From IMG/VR virus record IMGVR_UViG_3300009551_000002, positions 64,001 to 119,411 of that record: DNA of 55,411 bases, one strand, 5' to 3'. Below are positions 1 to 8,206 of the stretch, in pieces. The position numbers and the translations under genes are program-made. This stretch comes from a virus. Lineage: Duplodnaviria; Heunggongvirae; Uroviricota; Caudoviricetes. Position 1 is the first letter of the stretch; every line of letters begins with the position of its first letter. The notes under the pieces are model-generated. The model was not told the origin of the DNA. It saw only the letters and a list, made by a program, of their open reading frames with translations, and did not search any database.

Positions 1-26
1 GGTGAAGATATCGTACAGGAGAAGAA

Positions 27-368
27 ATGAACAAGTACCCAGACGCGTCAAAAGAGCCCCTCGACATCATCGAAGCGAACGAGGCGCAGACATGTCACGG
101 ATCGCTCGTCACAGCCAGATTCCAGGCGCTCTTCAATAAGATCCACGAACAAGAGCAAGCTCTCACACCGATTCGGAAGATCGTCGACATATACTTCATG
201 CCGTGGGGCGCGGCGAAGGCTGCGATGTGGGGGGAGATCGCGGGGGATGGACCGTTCAACGATGGGAGAGCGATGGAGCTAATCCATGCCGCTCTGCATC
301 CTGCCCCAGCAAGCTCGCCGGAGGCAACGCAGCAGCGACAGACTGCGCCAAGTGAGAGTGAGGAATAG
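27..368 (+). CDS. Hypothetical phage protein (113 aa)
   Basis: ORF with AGGAGA Shine-Dalgarno (SD) just upstream; abuts the next ORF. Confidence 0.7.
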   Translation: MNKYPDASKEPLDIIEANEAQTCHGSLVTARFQALFNKIHEQEQALTPIRKIVDIYFMPWGAAKAAMWGEIAGDGPFNDGRAMELIHAALHPAPASSPEATQQRQTAPSESEE

Positions 369-692
369 ATGTTTTCTAATAAGTCGACACTAGCGGCGTA
401 CCAGTTAAGCGAATTGCGTATCGAGAATGATGAGTTGCGGAGCCAACTGGCCGAGACACGGGGGATCGCGGGGGAACTGGCGGAAGCGCTGGAGAAAGTA
501 GACAAAACACTTAATACTCTTCGCCAACTTTACGAATGGAACTCCATCGACGCGGAGATTAGAGATTCAGTGCGAAAAGTTCATAAGGATTTGTTCGCCG
601 CACTCGCCAAATGGAAGGCCGCTGGTATCTCGCCGGAGCCGAAAGATGGCTACGACTATGCTCGTAACAATCGTTCTCTAGCGGAGGGATGA
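369..692 (+). CDS. Hypothetical coiled-coil protein (107 aa)
   Basis: ATG directly after the previous stop, GAGGA upstream, heptad-like sequence. Confidence 0.7.
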   Translation: MFSNKSTLAAYQLSELRIENDELRSQLAETRGIAGELAEALEKVDKTLNTLRQLYEWNSIDAEIRDSVRKVHKDLFAALAKWKAAGISPEPKDGYDYARNNRSLAEG

Positions 693-782
693 TCAACAAA
701 AAAGCCCGACGCTAAAGTGAAAGGCAAATGGCTAAAAATGGCAATCACTCAGCGCCGGGCGATCGAAAGGAAACACTAACTC

Positions 783-995
783 ATGAACACCGAACGAACA
801 CGAACAACACGAGAACATACTACCATGGAAGGGAAAGATATGGTAATCGCAGAGCGGAAGATCATTTGCGACGGGTGCCTGTTCTGCCAGGAGCACTGCG
901 AATGCGGGCCGCGAGGAACTCCAGCGCCGTGCGATCTGAAGTTCTCCCCGCCCTATGCTCCGTGCGCGAAGTGCCCTAAGCAGCCAGCTTCTTGA
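783..995 (+). CDS. Small Cys-rich (possible Zn-binding) protein
   Basis: CDGCLFCQEHCEC and CAKC motifs; AAGGA upstream; stop overlaps the convergent PadR gene end. Confidence 0.55.
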   Translation: MNTERTRTTREHTTMEGKDMVIAERKIICDGCLFCQEHCECGPRGTPAPCDLKFSPPYAPCAKCPKQPAS

Positions 996-1389
996 TCGCC
1001 GTCACCGACTTGTCCATGGCCTTCTCGCCCGCCGCAGTCAGCACGTAGAACTTCTTCGCTCGTCCCCCACGAACCGACGTCGATTCGCCCATCTTGGACC
1101 TGATCAGCTTTTTCTCGATCATCCGGGACAGGCTTGTGTAGACGGCTCCGATCTTCGTCTTCACATTGGCATTCTTATGGATGGACTGGACGATGCTGGC
1201 ACCGTAGGCTTTGTCTTTCAGTCGGGACACGGCGAGCAGCACCATAAGTTCCAGGCTGCCCAGATGCAGCCGGGGGGCGCGCTCCGTCGATTTCTTCGCT
1301 TTCGTCGTCTTCGCTGGCTTCGCGGCCTTCGCGGTCTTCGTATTATTTTTGATTAGCGGCATTGTAGTTTTCGAGAGCACGGTTCCCAT
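976..1389 (-). CDS. PadR-family winged-helix transcriptional regulator with a Lys/Ala-rich N-terminal tail
   Basis: LGSLELMVLLAV...AYG...IGAVYTSLSRM..K...GGRAKKFYVLTAAG matches the PadR pattern; start could be 1362. Confidence 0.85.
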   Translation of the reverse strand: MGTVLSKTTMPLIKNNTKTAKAAKPAKTTKAKKSTERAPRLHLGSLELMVLLAVSRLKDKAYGASIVQSIHKNANVKTKIGAVYTSLSRMIEKKLIRSKMGESTSVRGGRAKKFYVLTAAGEKAMDKSVTAIKKLAA

Positions 1390-1438
1390 GTACCCGCTGC
1401 TCTTCTTCGTGGATCATCATACCACTTTTGGAGAGTAT

Positions 1439-1777
1439 ATGTTATGCTCTTCTGGAATGTCCGTGACGATCCGTTGGCCTAGATCATGTGGATTCCCCGC
1501 TGAGGTATTTCGTGACTTCATGCAACGTCAGGCGAATCGACTGACGGTCGGCCATTTCCAGTACGGTGCGCCGAATCGACGCAAGAAGTACATGAGTCGC
1601 CTAGAAACCGAACTGGACGCTTATAAGGATACCGGCAATCGCGAGCACCTCATCAACATTGCCAATTATGCGATCCTCGAATCCGTCGCGCCCGAGCACC
1701 CGCAGGCGCACTTCGATAACATGGTCGCGAGTGCGACCCGGCATCGATTCGGTGGTGAGAGAAGAGAAGGTGACTAG
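1439..1777 (+). CDS. Hypothetical protein, possibly an all-alpha NTP-pyrophosphatase-like fold
   Basis: GGAGAG SD before ATG 1439 (ORF track over-extends to 1211); QYG...DTGNREHLINIANYAILE recalls phage MazG/dNTP-diphosphohydrolase-like proteins; function is low confidence. Confidence 0.6.
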   Translation: MLCSSGMSVTIRWPRSCGFPAEVFRDFMQRQANRLTVGHFQYGAPNRRKKYMSRLETELDAYKDTGNREHLINIANYAILESVAPEHPQAHFDNMVASATRHRFGGERREGD

Positions 1778-2072
1778 TCGCGAGAAGATCCTCAAAGCGA
1801 TCACGCGATGTGAGATCGAGATCCAGAAAATAGCAGACTACAAGCAACCGCTCGCTTGGTATAACGCGCTCGGCGAGGCGGACTGGCACGCAGAACGTAA
1901 TCTTCTCGAAAGAGAACTATCGGATCTTTCGCAGGTCATCTGCCGGACCCCGCGCGGCAGACCATTAGCCTGGGTATCGTCTGATGGCACGATCGTCCAA
2001 GTCTCCGGCCCTAAGATCGAATGGGCCGACTATGAGGACTGGGTCCAGCTATCATTTGATTTCATTTTGTGA
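1770..2072 (+). CDS. Hypothetical protein
   Basis: GTG 1770 overlapping the previous gene end, GAGAAGG upstream. Confidence 0.6.
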   Translation: MTSREKILKAITRCEIEIQKIADYKQPLAWYNALGEADWHAERNLLERELSDLSQVICRTPRGRPLAWVSSDGTIVQVSGPKIEWADYEDWVQLSFDFIL

Positions 2073-2084
2073 GAATATCATAGT

Positions 2085-2255
2085 ATGCTGGTCGTGCCGT
2101 ATTATCTCGAATTAGTAAGTGATGAGCAGTTGCAGCGAGTCGAGAAGGCGTTACGTGAAATGAATGTTTGTTTCTTCACTGACGACAAAATCGAAGGTAT
2201 GGAATTGGCTGAAGTCCAACGTCTCGTAGAAGGCGCGAAATCACTGGATATTTAG
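2085..2255 (+). CDS. Small hypothetical protein (56 aa, below ORF-track cutoff)
   Basis: Open frame MLVVPYYLELVSDEQLQRVEKAL...LDI fills the gap between genes. Confidence 0.45.
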   Translation: MLVVPYYLELVSDEQLQRVEKALREMNVCFFTDDKIEGMELAEVQRLVEGAKSLDI

Positions 2256-2264
2256 GAGACGACC

Positions 2265-2450
2265 GTGTATCTACTGCAATTCTTCAAATATGAGCACTTG
2301 CCAGAGCATCTCCAGAACGTGAGTAGACCGTTCGGTGAACTGGCGAAGGAGATCGTGGACACGTTGCCTGACAACCCAGAGCGCACCACTGCTCTCAGGA
2401 AGCTCCTCGAAGCGAAGGATTGTGCGGTGAGGGCGCTCCTCTTCAAATGA
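2265..2450 (+). CDS. Small helical-hairpin protein, Acb2/Tad1-hairpin-like (putative anti-defence)
   Basis: AGGAGA SD plus GTG; F.YEHLP...F.ELA..I...P.NPE...ALRKLLEAKD.AVRA pattern; function inferred. Confidence 0.7.
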   Translation: MYLLQFFKYEHLPEHLQNVSRPFGELAKEIVDTLPDNPERTTALRKLLEAKDCAVRALLFK

Positions 2451-2710
2451 GCGTCATGGATCTGGTTTTCCGGTCAAATAACACACCGTCTGTAAGTATT
2501 GACGACTGGTGCTCTCAGGAGAGCCACGACGCGAAGTTCAGCAAGATCCCCACACACAAGAACATCGATGGATTCGAGTGCTGCCTAACCTGTTACCACA
2601 ACGGCAACTTCGTCCTCGCTCGTGGATTGGGTGTGTATACCGCCAATGCGTTCCTGGAAGCACTCAAGCAGATAGAAATGACGATCGGAACAGCGTGGAG
2701 AAGTAAATGA
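2447..2710 (+). CDS. Hypothetical protein
   Basis: ATGA overlap with the upstream stop. Confidence 0.65.
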   Translation: MSVMDLVFRSNNTPSVSIDDWCSQESHDAKFSKIPTHKNIDGFECCLTCYHNGNFVLARGLGVYTANAFLEALKQIEMTIGTAWRSK

Positions 2711-2880
2711 AGGTCTGGGTCCGTCTCAACACGCATGTTCACGAGGGAGTCGGCCCCGGATTCCCGGATCAGTCGGTTATTGAAAGCGTAGATGTATTTG
2801 ATCATCCTGTACCTCGTGGGATCGAATGCGAAGTACAGAGTCTAGGAGAACACACATGGCAGCCGCAGCAATCAACATAA
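2707..2880 (+). CDS. Small hypothetical protein (57 aa, below cutoff)
   Basis: ATG 2707 overlaps the upstream stop; frame MKVWVRLNTHVHEG...QST fills the gap. Confidence 0.5.
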   Translation: MKVWVRLNTHVHEGVGPGFPDQSVIESVDVFDHPVPRGIECEVQSLGEHTWQPQQST

Positions 2881-3263
2881 AAATCCCCGAGATCGCACTC
2901 ACCATCGAAGATCTCGCGGCCCTAACCACCATCCAGAACAGCGTCACAGAAGGCACCTACTGCGCGATCAAATCTCGCGTCGAGAATCGCCTCATCTTCC
3001 TCGGTCTCGCGATGCACGGCGTCATCCCACCGTGCGCCAAGAAACTGAAGGAATACGAAGACGAGCGCCCGAAGCTGATCGAACGGGCAGAGAAGGCTCT
3101 GAAGAAGCGTGATTGGGTGGAACTCGATAACGTCGCGAGCGATCTCAGACACGATAAGAAACCGGAGTCGCGCAAGGGTCTGATCCTCACCGAAGCCGGG
3201 ACTGCATTGCTCAAGACTGGCCGTGCACAGAGCCGTACTGTCAAAGGGAAGGGCTGCCTGTGA
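2856..3263 (+). CDS. Hypothetical protein
   Basis: AGGAGA SD before ATG 2856; GTGA overlap with thyX. Confidence 0.7.
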   Translation: MAAAAINIKIPEIALTIEDLAALTTIQNSVTEGTYCAIKSRVENRLIFLGLAMHGVIPPCAKKLKEYEDERPKLIERAEKALKKRDWVELDNVASDLRHDKKPESRKGLILTEAGTALLKTGRAQSRTVKGKGCL

Positions 3264-4138
3264 TCGTCGTCGAGCCGAAAGTCTTCTTCCTCGCCGAGCC
3301 GGTACTGAATGAGGGGACCGAGGAAGACCCTGGCGTTACTCAGTGGCTCGAACACATCGGTGGCGACGAGGCTCTAGCGTGCCTCGATCACGTCGAAGGC
3401 GCGGACATCGAACAACTGATCGAATTGCTCGCCCGGCGTTGCTATAAGTCGTATGCGCCCGGCCTGAATCCCAACGTGACGAGAATCCGCACCAACAGTG
3501 ACGAATATCACGCGAATATCCAAAAGAGTCGTCACGGTTCAGTTGTCGCGAACGGCGGTATGGTCACTTACGCGTTCGAGGACGTCAGCAGAGTCTTCAC
3601 GCACGAGATTGTTCGTAATTGGGTAGGAAATGAGCGGTCTCAGGAGTCTCTGCGGTATGTGCGGCTGACGGATATTCGATTTTGGATTCCGCCGATCATA
3701 AAAAAGGACCAGATCCAGAAGCAAATTGAGAACTCGCCTTATCTTCGTGAACGTGGCCTCATAACCGGCGGCTGGAACCCCGAACAGATCATGCAAGAGG
3801 TCGTTCGGACCTGTGAATGGGCGCAGCGTGCTCTCGCCGAATACTACGACATCGATAACATCAAAGATTTCGAGACCAAGAAGAAGCTAACCTCCGCATT
3901 CCGCCGCGTCGCTCCCATCGGACTCGCGACCGGCATCGGCATGAGCTTCAACCTTCGCGCGCTCCGCTGGATCGTCGAGCAGCGCACCAGCCGTCATGCC
4001 GAAGAAGAGATCCGCTTGGTATTCGGCATGGTCGCTGAAGACGCAATGAAGCGCTGGCCGAAGATCTTCCAGGACGTCAAAAAAGTCGATACCGGCGACG
4101 GGCTGTTCGAGTACGTTCCCGAGCACAGCAAGATATGA
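3260..4138 (+). CDS. thyX: Flavin-dependent thymidylate synthase ThyX family, with divergent motif
   Basis: ARRCYKS, HGSV, SRVFTHEIVR..SQESLRYV, NLRAL...QR..HAEEEIR; RHR is replaced by RNW. Confidence 0.85.
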   Translation: MIVVEPKVFFLAEPVLNEGTEEDPGVTQWLEHIGGDEALACLDHVEGADIEQLIELLARRCYKSYAPGLNPNVTRIRTNSDEYHANIQKSRHGSVVANGGMVTYAFEDVSRVFTHEIVRNWVGNERSQESLRYVRLTDIRFWIPPIIKKDQIQKQIENSPYLRERGLITGGWNPEQIMQEVVRTCEWAQRALAEYYDIDNIKDFETKKKLTSAFRRVAPIGLATGIGMSFNLRALRWIVEQRTSRHAEEEIRLVFGMVAEDAMKRWPKIFQDVKKVDTGDGLFEYVPEHSKI

Positions 4139-4401
4139 AACTCACATTATTACTGCTTGCCGTTCTTTGTCTGTCTGCGTGCGAGAAGAATCCGGTGTCG
4201 ACGCACGCGACCGACAATACAGAGATCGCCGTGTCTAAATTATTCACGCTCGAAGACTGCACGGTTTACCGTTTCGAGGATGACGGTTGGGATCATTACT
4301 ATGTAGTCTGCGGCGGCTCGCATACTGCTTCCGTTACAGACAAGTATGGTTGCGGCAAGGGTTGTGTGAGGCAAGACGAAATCCCCACGATCGTCAAATA
4401 A
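4135..4401 (+). CDS. Lipoprotein (DUF4884-like)
   Basis: MKLTLLLLAVLCLSAC lipobox; KLFTLEDCTVYRFEDDG pattern. Confidence 0.7.
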   Translation: MKLTLLLLAVLCLSACEKNPVSTHATDNTEIAVSKLFTLEDCTVYRFEDDGWDHYYVVCGGSHTASVTDKYGCGKGCVRQDEIPTIVK

Positions 4402-4405
4402 CTCT

Positions 4406-4780
4406 ATGATGTTCCGTTCCTATCAACGTACCTGTGCTGAATGGGCGAAGAAGTGCTTCGGCCCCGATGTCACCCAGGATCGGGCTCAGCGCAACTATCG
4501 TTTCATGGAAGAAGCGCTCGAACTCGCCCAATCTCATGGCGTCACCAAAGAAGAAGTGCTCAAGCTCGTCGATTACACGTTCAGTCGACCGCCCGGTGAT
4601 CCGTTGCAGGAAGTCGGCGGCGTGATGACGACGATATCGACGATGTGCCACGTCTATGGCTACGACCTAGAGACGTGTGCTCTCGTGGAACTCGAACGCT
4701 GCGAGAAAAATATCGATAAGATCCGTGAGAAGTGGAAAAGTAAGCCGCAAGGTTCACCGTTGTCCGGAGTTAGCGCGTGA
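4406..4780 (+). CDS. MazG-like nucleotide pyrophosphohydrolase family protein
   Basis: RFMEEALEL...QEVGGVM acidic helical motifs of all-alpha NTP-PPases. Confidence 0.65.
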   Translation: MMFRSYQRTCAEWAKKCFGPDVTQDRAQRNYRFMEEALELAQSHGVTKEEVLKLVDYTFSRPPGDPLQEVGGVMTTISTMCHVYGYDLETCALVELERCEKNIDKIREKWKSKPQGSPLSGVSA

Positions 4781-6567
4781 AGAAGATTCCTGATCCTATT
4801 CTCGGCACCACAATCGACGACGACGGCGAATGTATCGTCACTATCGACGTGGATCGTCTCGTCGAGACGCGTCTCGTGCTCACTGCGATCTCCGGTGGCG
4901 GCAAGTCTCACGCGATCCGCCGTATCCTCGAACAGACTCACGGCAAAATCCAACACATCGTCCTCGACCCGGAAGGTGAATTCTACACATTAAGAGAGAA
5001 ATTCCCCTACGTCCTGGCTGGGAAAGGCGGTGACTGTCCGGCTGAACCGCGCTCTGCTGCCCTACTTGCTCAAAAGTTACTCGAACTCCGCGTCTCGGCA
5101 ATCGTGGATCTCTATGAATTACGTCCCGACGAGCGAACGCAGTTCGTAAAGCTCTTCATCGACTCGTTACTCAACGCTCCTAAGTCTCTTCGTCATCCTT
5201 GTTTAGTCGTCGTCGACGAAGCTCACACGTTTGCACCGGAAAAAGGCGAAGGTGAGGCCGTTTCCCGCAATTCCGTGATCGCATTGATGGCGCAAGGGCG
5301 AAAACGCCTGCTTTGCCCCATTCTAGCCACCCAACGTCTCTCCAAACTCGACAAAAACGCGATTTCTGAAGCGCACAATATGATGATCGGGAAATCGATC
5401 CTCGACATCGATGTTGCACGTGCGATGCGCTATCTCGGCTTCCAAAAACAGTCCGAAGAGAAGGTCCGGCGCATGAAACGGGGCCATTTTTGGACATTCG
5501 GTCCTGCTTTTAACGATGAAGTCATCGACGTCATGGTCGGAGCTACGATGACCGAGACTCCCAAGCTCGGCTCGCGCGTGAAAGCTCCTGCTCCACCGTC
5601 AAAGGACATCCAGAAGATCCTCGGCAAGCTCGCCGATCTCCCCGAGGAAGCTCTCAAGCGCGAGCAGACTGAGAAGGATCTCCGCGCCGAGATCGCAGAG
5701 TTGAAGAAATCGCTACGAGAAGTACCGCGTATCAGTCACGCGCAGCCGCTCCCTGTCGAGAAGACCGTCACGAAGCTCATCGAAAAGTGGGCGATCAGTG
5801 CCCAACAGATGAAAGCGCTCGAAAGATACTCGAATCGCTTCGAGAAATTCATGGCGTCGTTCCACAAAATATCCGAACCATTGGTTTCTACCGGTAAAGA
5901 TGTGCGCGATAGCATCCAGGCTTCGATGAAGTTGATTACGGCGAAGGCTCCAGCGGTCGATGCGACGCCTACCGCGCTTATACGCGATACTCTCAAACGT
6001 GATCAATCCGTGCGAGAGACAAATAAGCGCGTCCAGACGGCGGCCTTTGAGAAAGAAAAGGCAGCCGTCGTCAATAACGGCAAGCTCGGCCCGTGCGAGC
6101 GCAAAATCCTCAGCGTTCTCGCCCAATATGCCGACGAGGGCTGCGACAAGGGGAAGCTGGCTCTCCTTTCTGGTTACCGCTACAGCGGTGGTTTCCGAAA
6201 TTCTCTTTCTAGGCTTCGCACCAATGGCCTCATGACCGGCGATAACGATAAAACGATGACGATCACTGAGATTGGCAAAGAAGCTGCTGGTCCTCTACAA
6301 CCTTTGCCTACCGGCGAGGAACTTTTTGCTTACTGGCGCGATCAGTCTGTGCTCGGTCCTTGTGAACGGGCAATCATGGATGTTCTCCGTACTCGGCCCG
6401 GCCTTACTGGCCCTGAGATCGCTCCTTATACAGTCGACTCTTCGGGAAATCCCTACGAATATAGTGGAGGGTTCCGGAACGCTCTCTCTAGGCTCCGCGT
6501 CGCTGGTGTGATTACCGGCACATCGAATACTGCTCCTATCAGGCTAAACGACAATTTGTTGAAATAG
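4777..6567 (+). CDS. HerA/FtsK-superfamily ATPase (DUF87-like) with tandem C-terminal winged-helix repeats
   Basis: Walker A AISGGGKS, Walker B VVVDEAH, ATQR motif, coiled coil, duplicated LGPCER...YSGGFRN.LSRLR. Confidence 0.8.
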   Translation: MKKIPDPILGTTIDDDGECIVTIDVDRLVETRLVLTAISGGGKSHAIRRILEQTHGKIQHIVLDPEGEFYTLREKFPYVLAGKGGDCPAEPRSAALLAQKLLELRVSAIVDLYELRPDERTQFVKLFIDSLLNAPKSLRHPCLVVVDEAHTFAPEKGEGEAVSRNSVIALMAQGRKRLLCPILATQRLSKLDKNAISEAHNMMIGKSILDIDVARAMRYLGFQKQSEEKVRRMKRGHFWTFGPAFNDEVIDVMVGATMTETPKLGSRVKAPAPPSKDIQKILGKLADLPEEALKREQTEKDLRAEIAELKKSLREVPRISHAQPLPVEKTVTKLIEKWAISAQQMKALERYSNRFEKFMASFHKISEPLVSTGKDVRDSIQASMKLITAKAPAVDATPTALIRDTLKRDQSVRETNKRVQTAAFEKEKAAVVNNGKLGPCERKILSVLAQYADEGCDKGKLALLSGYRYSGGFRNSLSRLRTNGLMTGDNDKTMTITEIGKEAAGPLQPLPTGEELFAYWRDQSVLGPCERAIMDVLRTRPGLTGPEIAPYTVDSSGNPYEYSGGFRNALSRLRVAGVITGTSNTAPIRLNDNLLK

Positions 6568-6593
6568 TGTTCGTTTGACAGGCGGGTTAAAAT
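6565..6593 (+). promoter_or_regulatory. Putative promoter TAGTGT-N17-TAAAAT, probably leaderless into the endolysin
   Basis: Matches the TTGTGT-N17-TACAAT elements at 8170 and 52693; ATG 5 nt after the -10; no SD. Confidence 0.45.
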
Positions 6594-6598
6594 GATTC

Positions 6599-7222
6599 AT
6601 GTCAGACGCTGCCGCCATAACCCTGCCCAAACTCCCCGGCATTGACGTCAGTAGCTACCAGGGCCACATCGACTGGAAGGCATTAGGACCTCACATCCGG
6701 TTCGCATTCATTAAGGCCACAGACGGCCCGCGCATCATCGATTCGCGCGTCCTGGAGAATATTAAAGGCGCAACCGACAACGGTGTCCCGTTCGGCCTCT
6801 ATCATTTCTACCGAAATGGCGGCAAAGAAGAGGCCGACCACTTCCTGGAAATCTTCAATAAGTACTCTTCGCAATTGCCGCCCGTGCTCGACCTGGAGAC
6901 GCATCCGACCTCGGATATTCTGCCGTCATTCGCGCCCGGCGCGCTCACTTTTCTCGAAGCCGTAAGTTCTCACGCGCGCCCGATGGTGTACACGTCACCG
7001 TCCTTCGCTTCGACGTATCTCAATCCTGACTTCTCCGAATATCCTCTATGGATCGCGCATTACACGCGCGCTGAGCGCCCGAATACCACGACCTTATGGA
7101 GCAGTTGGGATTTCTGGCAATGGTCGAGTGCCGGGAAATTACCCGGTATTGACGACCCTGTTGATCTCGATTGGTGTTTGGACGAACCGACGCTCGACGC
7201 CGTCATGCGCATACCGACATGA
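6599..7222 (+). CDS. Endolysin, GH25 muramidase
   Basis: GIDVSSYQG, FIKAT, GLYHF, VLDLE, LWIAHY, WQWSS, DLD motifs. Confidence 0.92.
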   Translation: MSDAAAITLPKLPGIDVSSYQGHIDWKALGPHIRFAFIKATDGPRIIDSRVLENIKGATDNGVPFGLYHFYRNGGKEEADHFLEIFNKYSSQLPPVLDLETHPTSDILPSFAPGALTFLEAVSSHARPMVYTSPSFASTYLNPDFSEYPLWIAHYTRAERPNTTTLWSSWDFWQWSSAGKLPGIDDPVDLDWCLDEPTLDAVMRIPT

Positions 7223-7316
7223 TCGTTACTCGCATACCGACACGACAGCATGTTTTTGTTTAAAGGGAATCATATAAGATGCTAATAGCGCCCACTTTAA
7301 TTTTCATGGAGAAGCC

Positions 7317-7646
7317 ATGCCAGACCAACCCACCCCAGATCGCTGGGAACGCGACATGCTTATCAAGCTCGGCGAACAGGTCAGTGGGCTACGGCGTGAC
7401 GTAAACCATCACGCGGAATACGACGAGGAGATTTACCGGAAGATTGAGGCTAGTCTTAGAGGAATCCGTACCGATTTGGCGACTAGTCTTAAAGAACAAC
7501 GTGCCGACCTGGAAAAGAAGTATGTGACCAAAGTCGAGTTTAGCCCGACGCGGATGATATCCTACGGGTTAGTAGCGCTGATCGTGATGTCTGTAGTCAC
7601 GGCACTCATCAGCATTGTTGTGAGCGGGAAGGTTCACACACCATGA
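7317..7646 (+). CDS. Membrane protein, putative holin
   Basis: Coiled coil then a C-terminal TM helix (MISYGLVALIVMSVVTALISIVV); next to the endolysin; GGAGA SD. Confidence 0.55.
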   Translation: MPDQPTPDRWERDMLIKLGEQVSGLRRDVNHHAEYDEEIYRKIEASLRGIRTDLATSLKEQRADLEKKYVTKVEFSPTRMISYGLVALIVMSVVTALISIVVSGKVHTP

Positions 7647-8155
7647 CTTCTTCGGCTGCATTCATTCATAAGGCCGCAGTAGTGGGCCTAATGTTCTGTG
7701 CGATCTTCGTGCTGCAATTGGGCTATTGGATGACATGGCCTTATCACATAATAGACGTCAAGGGCCTGAAAGTACTCGACACGGAAATCGAGGTGGGGGA
7801 ATACTTAGAGTACAGCCTCGATTACTGCAAAGATAAGCAATACGAGTTCCTCCGCGCCCAAGTGCAGCTATCTTTCAGGGATGGGGTGATCTATAACCTC
7901 CCTTTGGAGAGCGGGCCGCTCGTGTCGGGCTGCACCCAGGCGCTATTTGTGCTGCGCGTCCCCGCCGTTCCAGAAGGCAAGTATCACCTGGAAATGGTGC
8001 GGGAATACTCCGTGAATCCTCTCCGTAAGGTCGAGGTCCGTGCCGTCAGCAACGTGTTCAAGGTATCCAATGCACGCCGCTTCAAGGAAATGCTGAAACA
8101 GCAGCTACCTCCGGTCATCCATGAAGTGGCTCCCAAGATCCCGGAACTCCGCTGA
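7643..8155 (+). CDS. N-terminally membrane-anchored protein (lysis-associated?)
   Basis: TM segment AAVVGLMFCAIFVLQLGYW; ATGA overlap. Confidence 0.6.
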   Translation: MTSSAAFIHKAAVVGLMFCAIFVLQLGYWMTWPYHIIDVKGLKVLDTEIEVGEYLEYSLDYCKDKQYEFLRAQVQLSFRDGVIYNLPLESGPLVSGCTQALFVLRVPAVPEGKYHLEMVREYSVNPLRKVEVRAVSNVFKVSNARRFKEMLKQQLPPVIHEVAPKIPELR

Positions 8156-8169
8156 AATCCCCTTTTTTG

Positions 8170-8198
8170 TTGTGTAGGGTACAGTGTAGCGCTACAAT
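8170..8198 (+). promoter_or_regulatory. Putative promoter TTGTGT-N17-TACAAT
   Basis: Intergenic; identical hexamers and spacing at 52693; ATG 8 nt downstream with no SD. Confidence 0.6.
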
Positions 8199-8206
8199 CT
8201 GTTCTT

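Noticed and set aside
728-979. 83-aa ORF overlapping 783-995
   Set aside because: The alternative frame has the better SD and a coherent Cys motif
1211-1438. N-terminal extension of ORF 1211-1777
   Set aside because: Overlaps PadR on the other strand; SD supports ATG 1439. Similar over-extensions at 1659, 26202, 36172, 47555, 49817 and 51560 were also trimmed
6575-6580. TTGACA as the -35 of an endolysin promoter
   Set aside because: No -10 at 16-18 nt; TAAAAT is only 7 nt away and pairs better with TAGTGT at 6565
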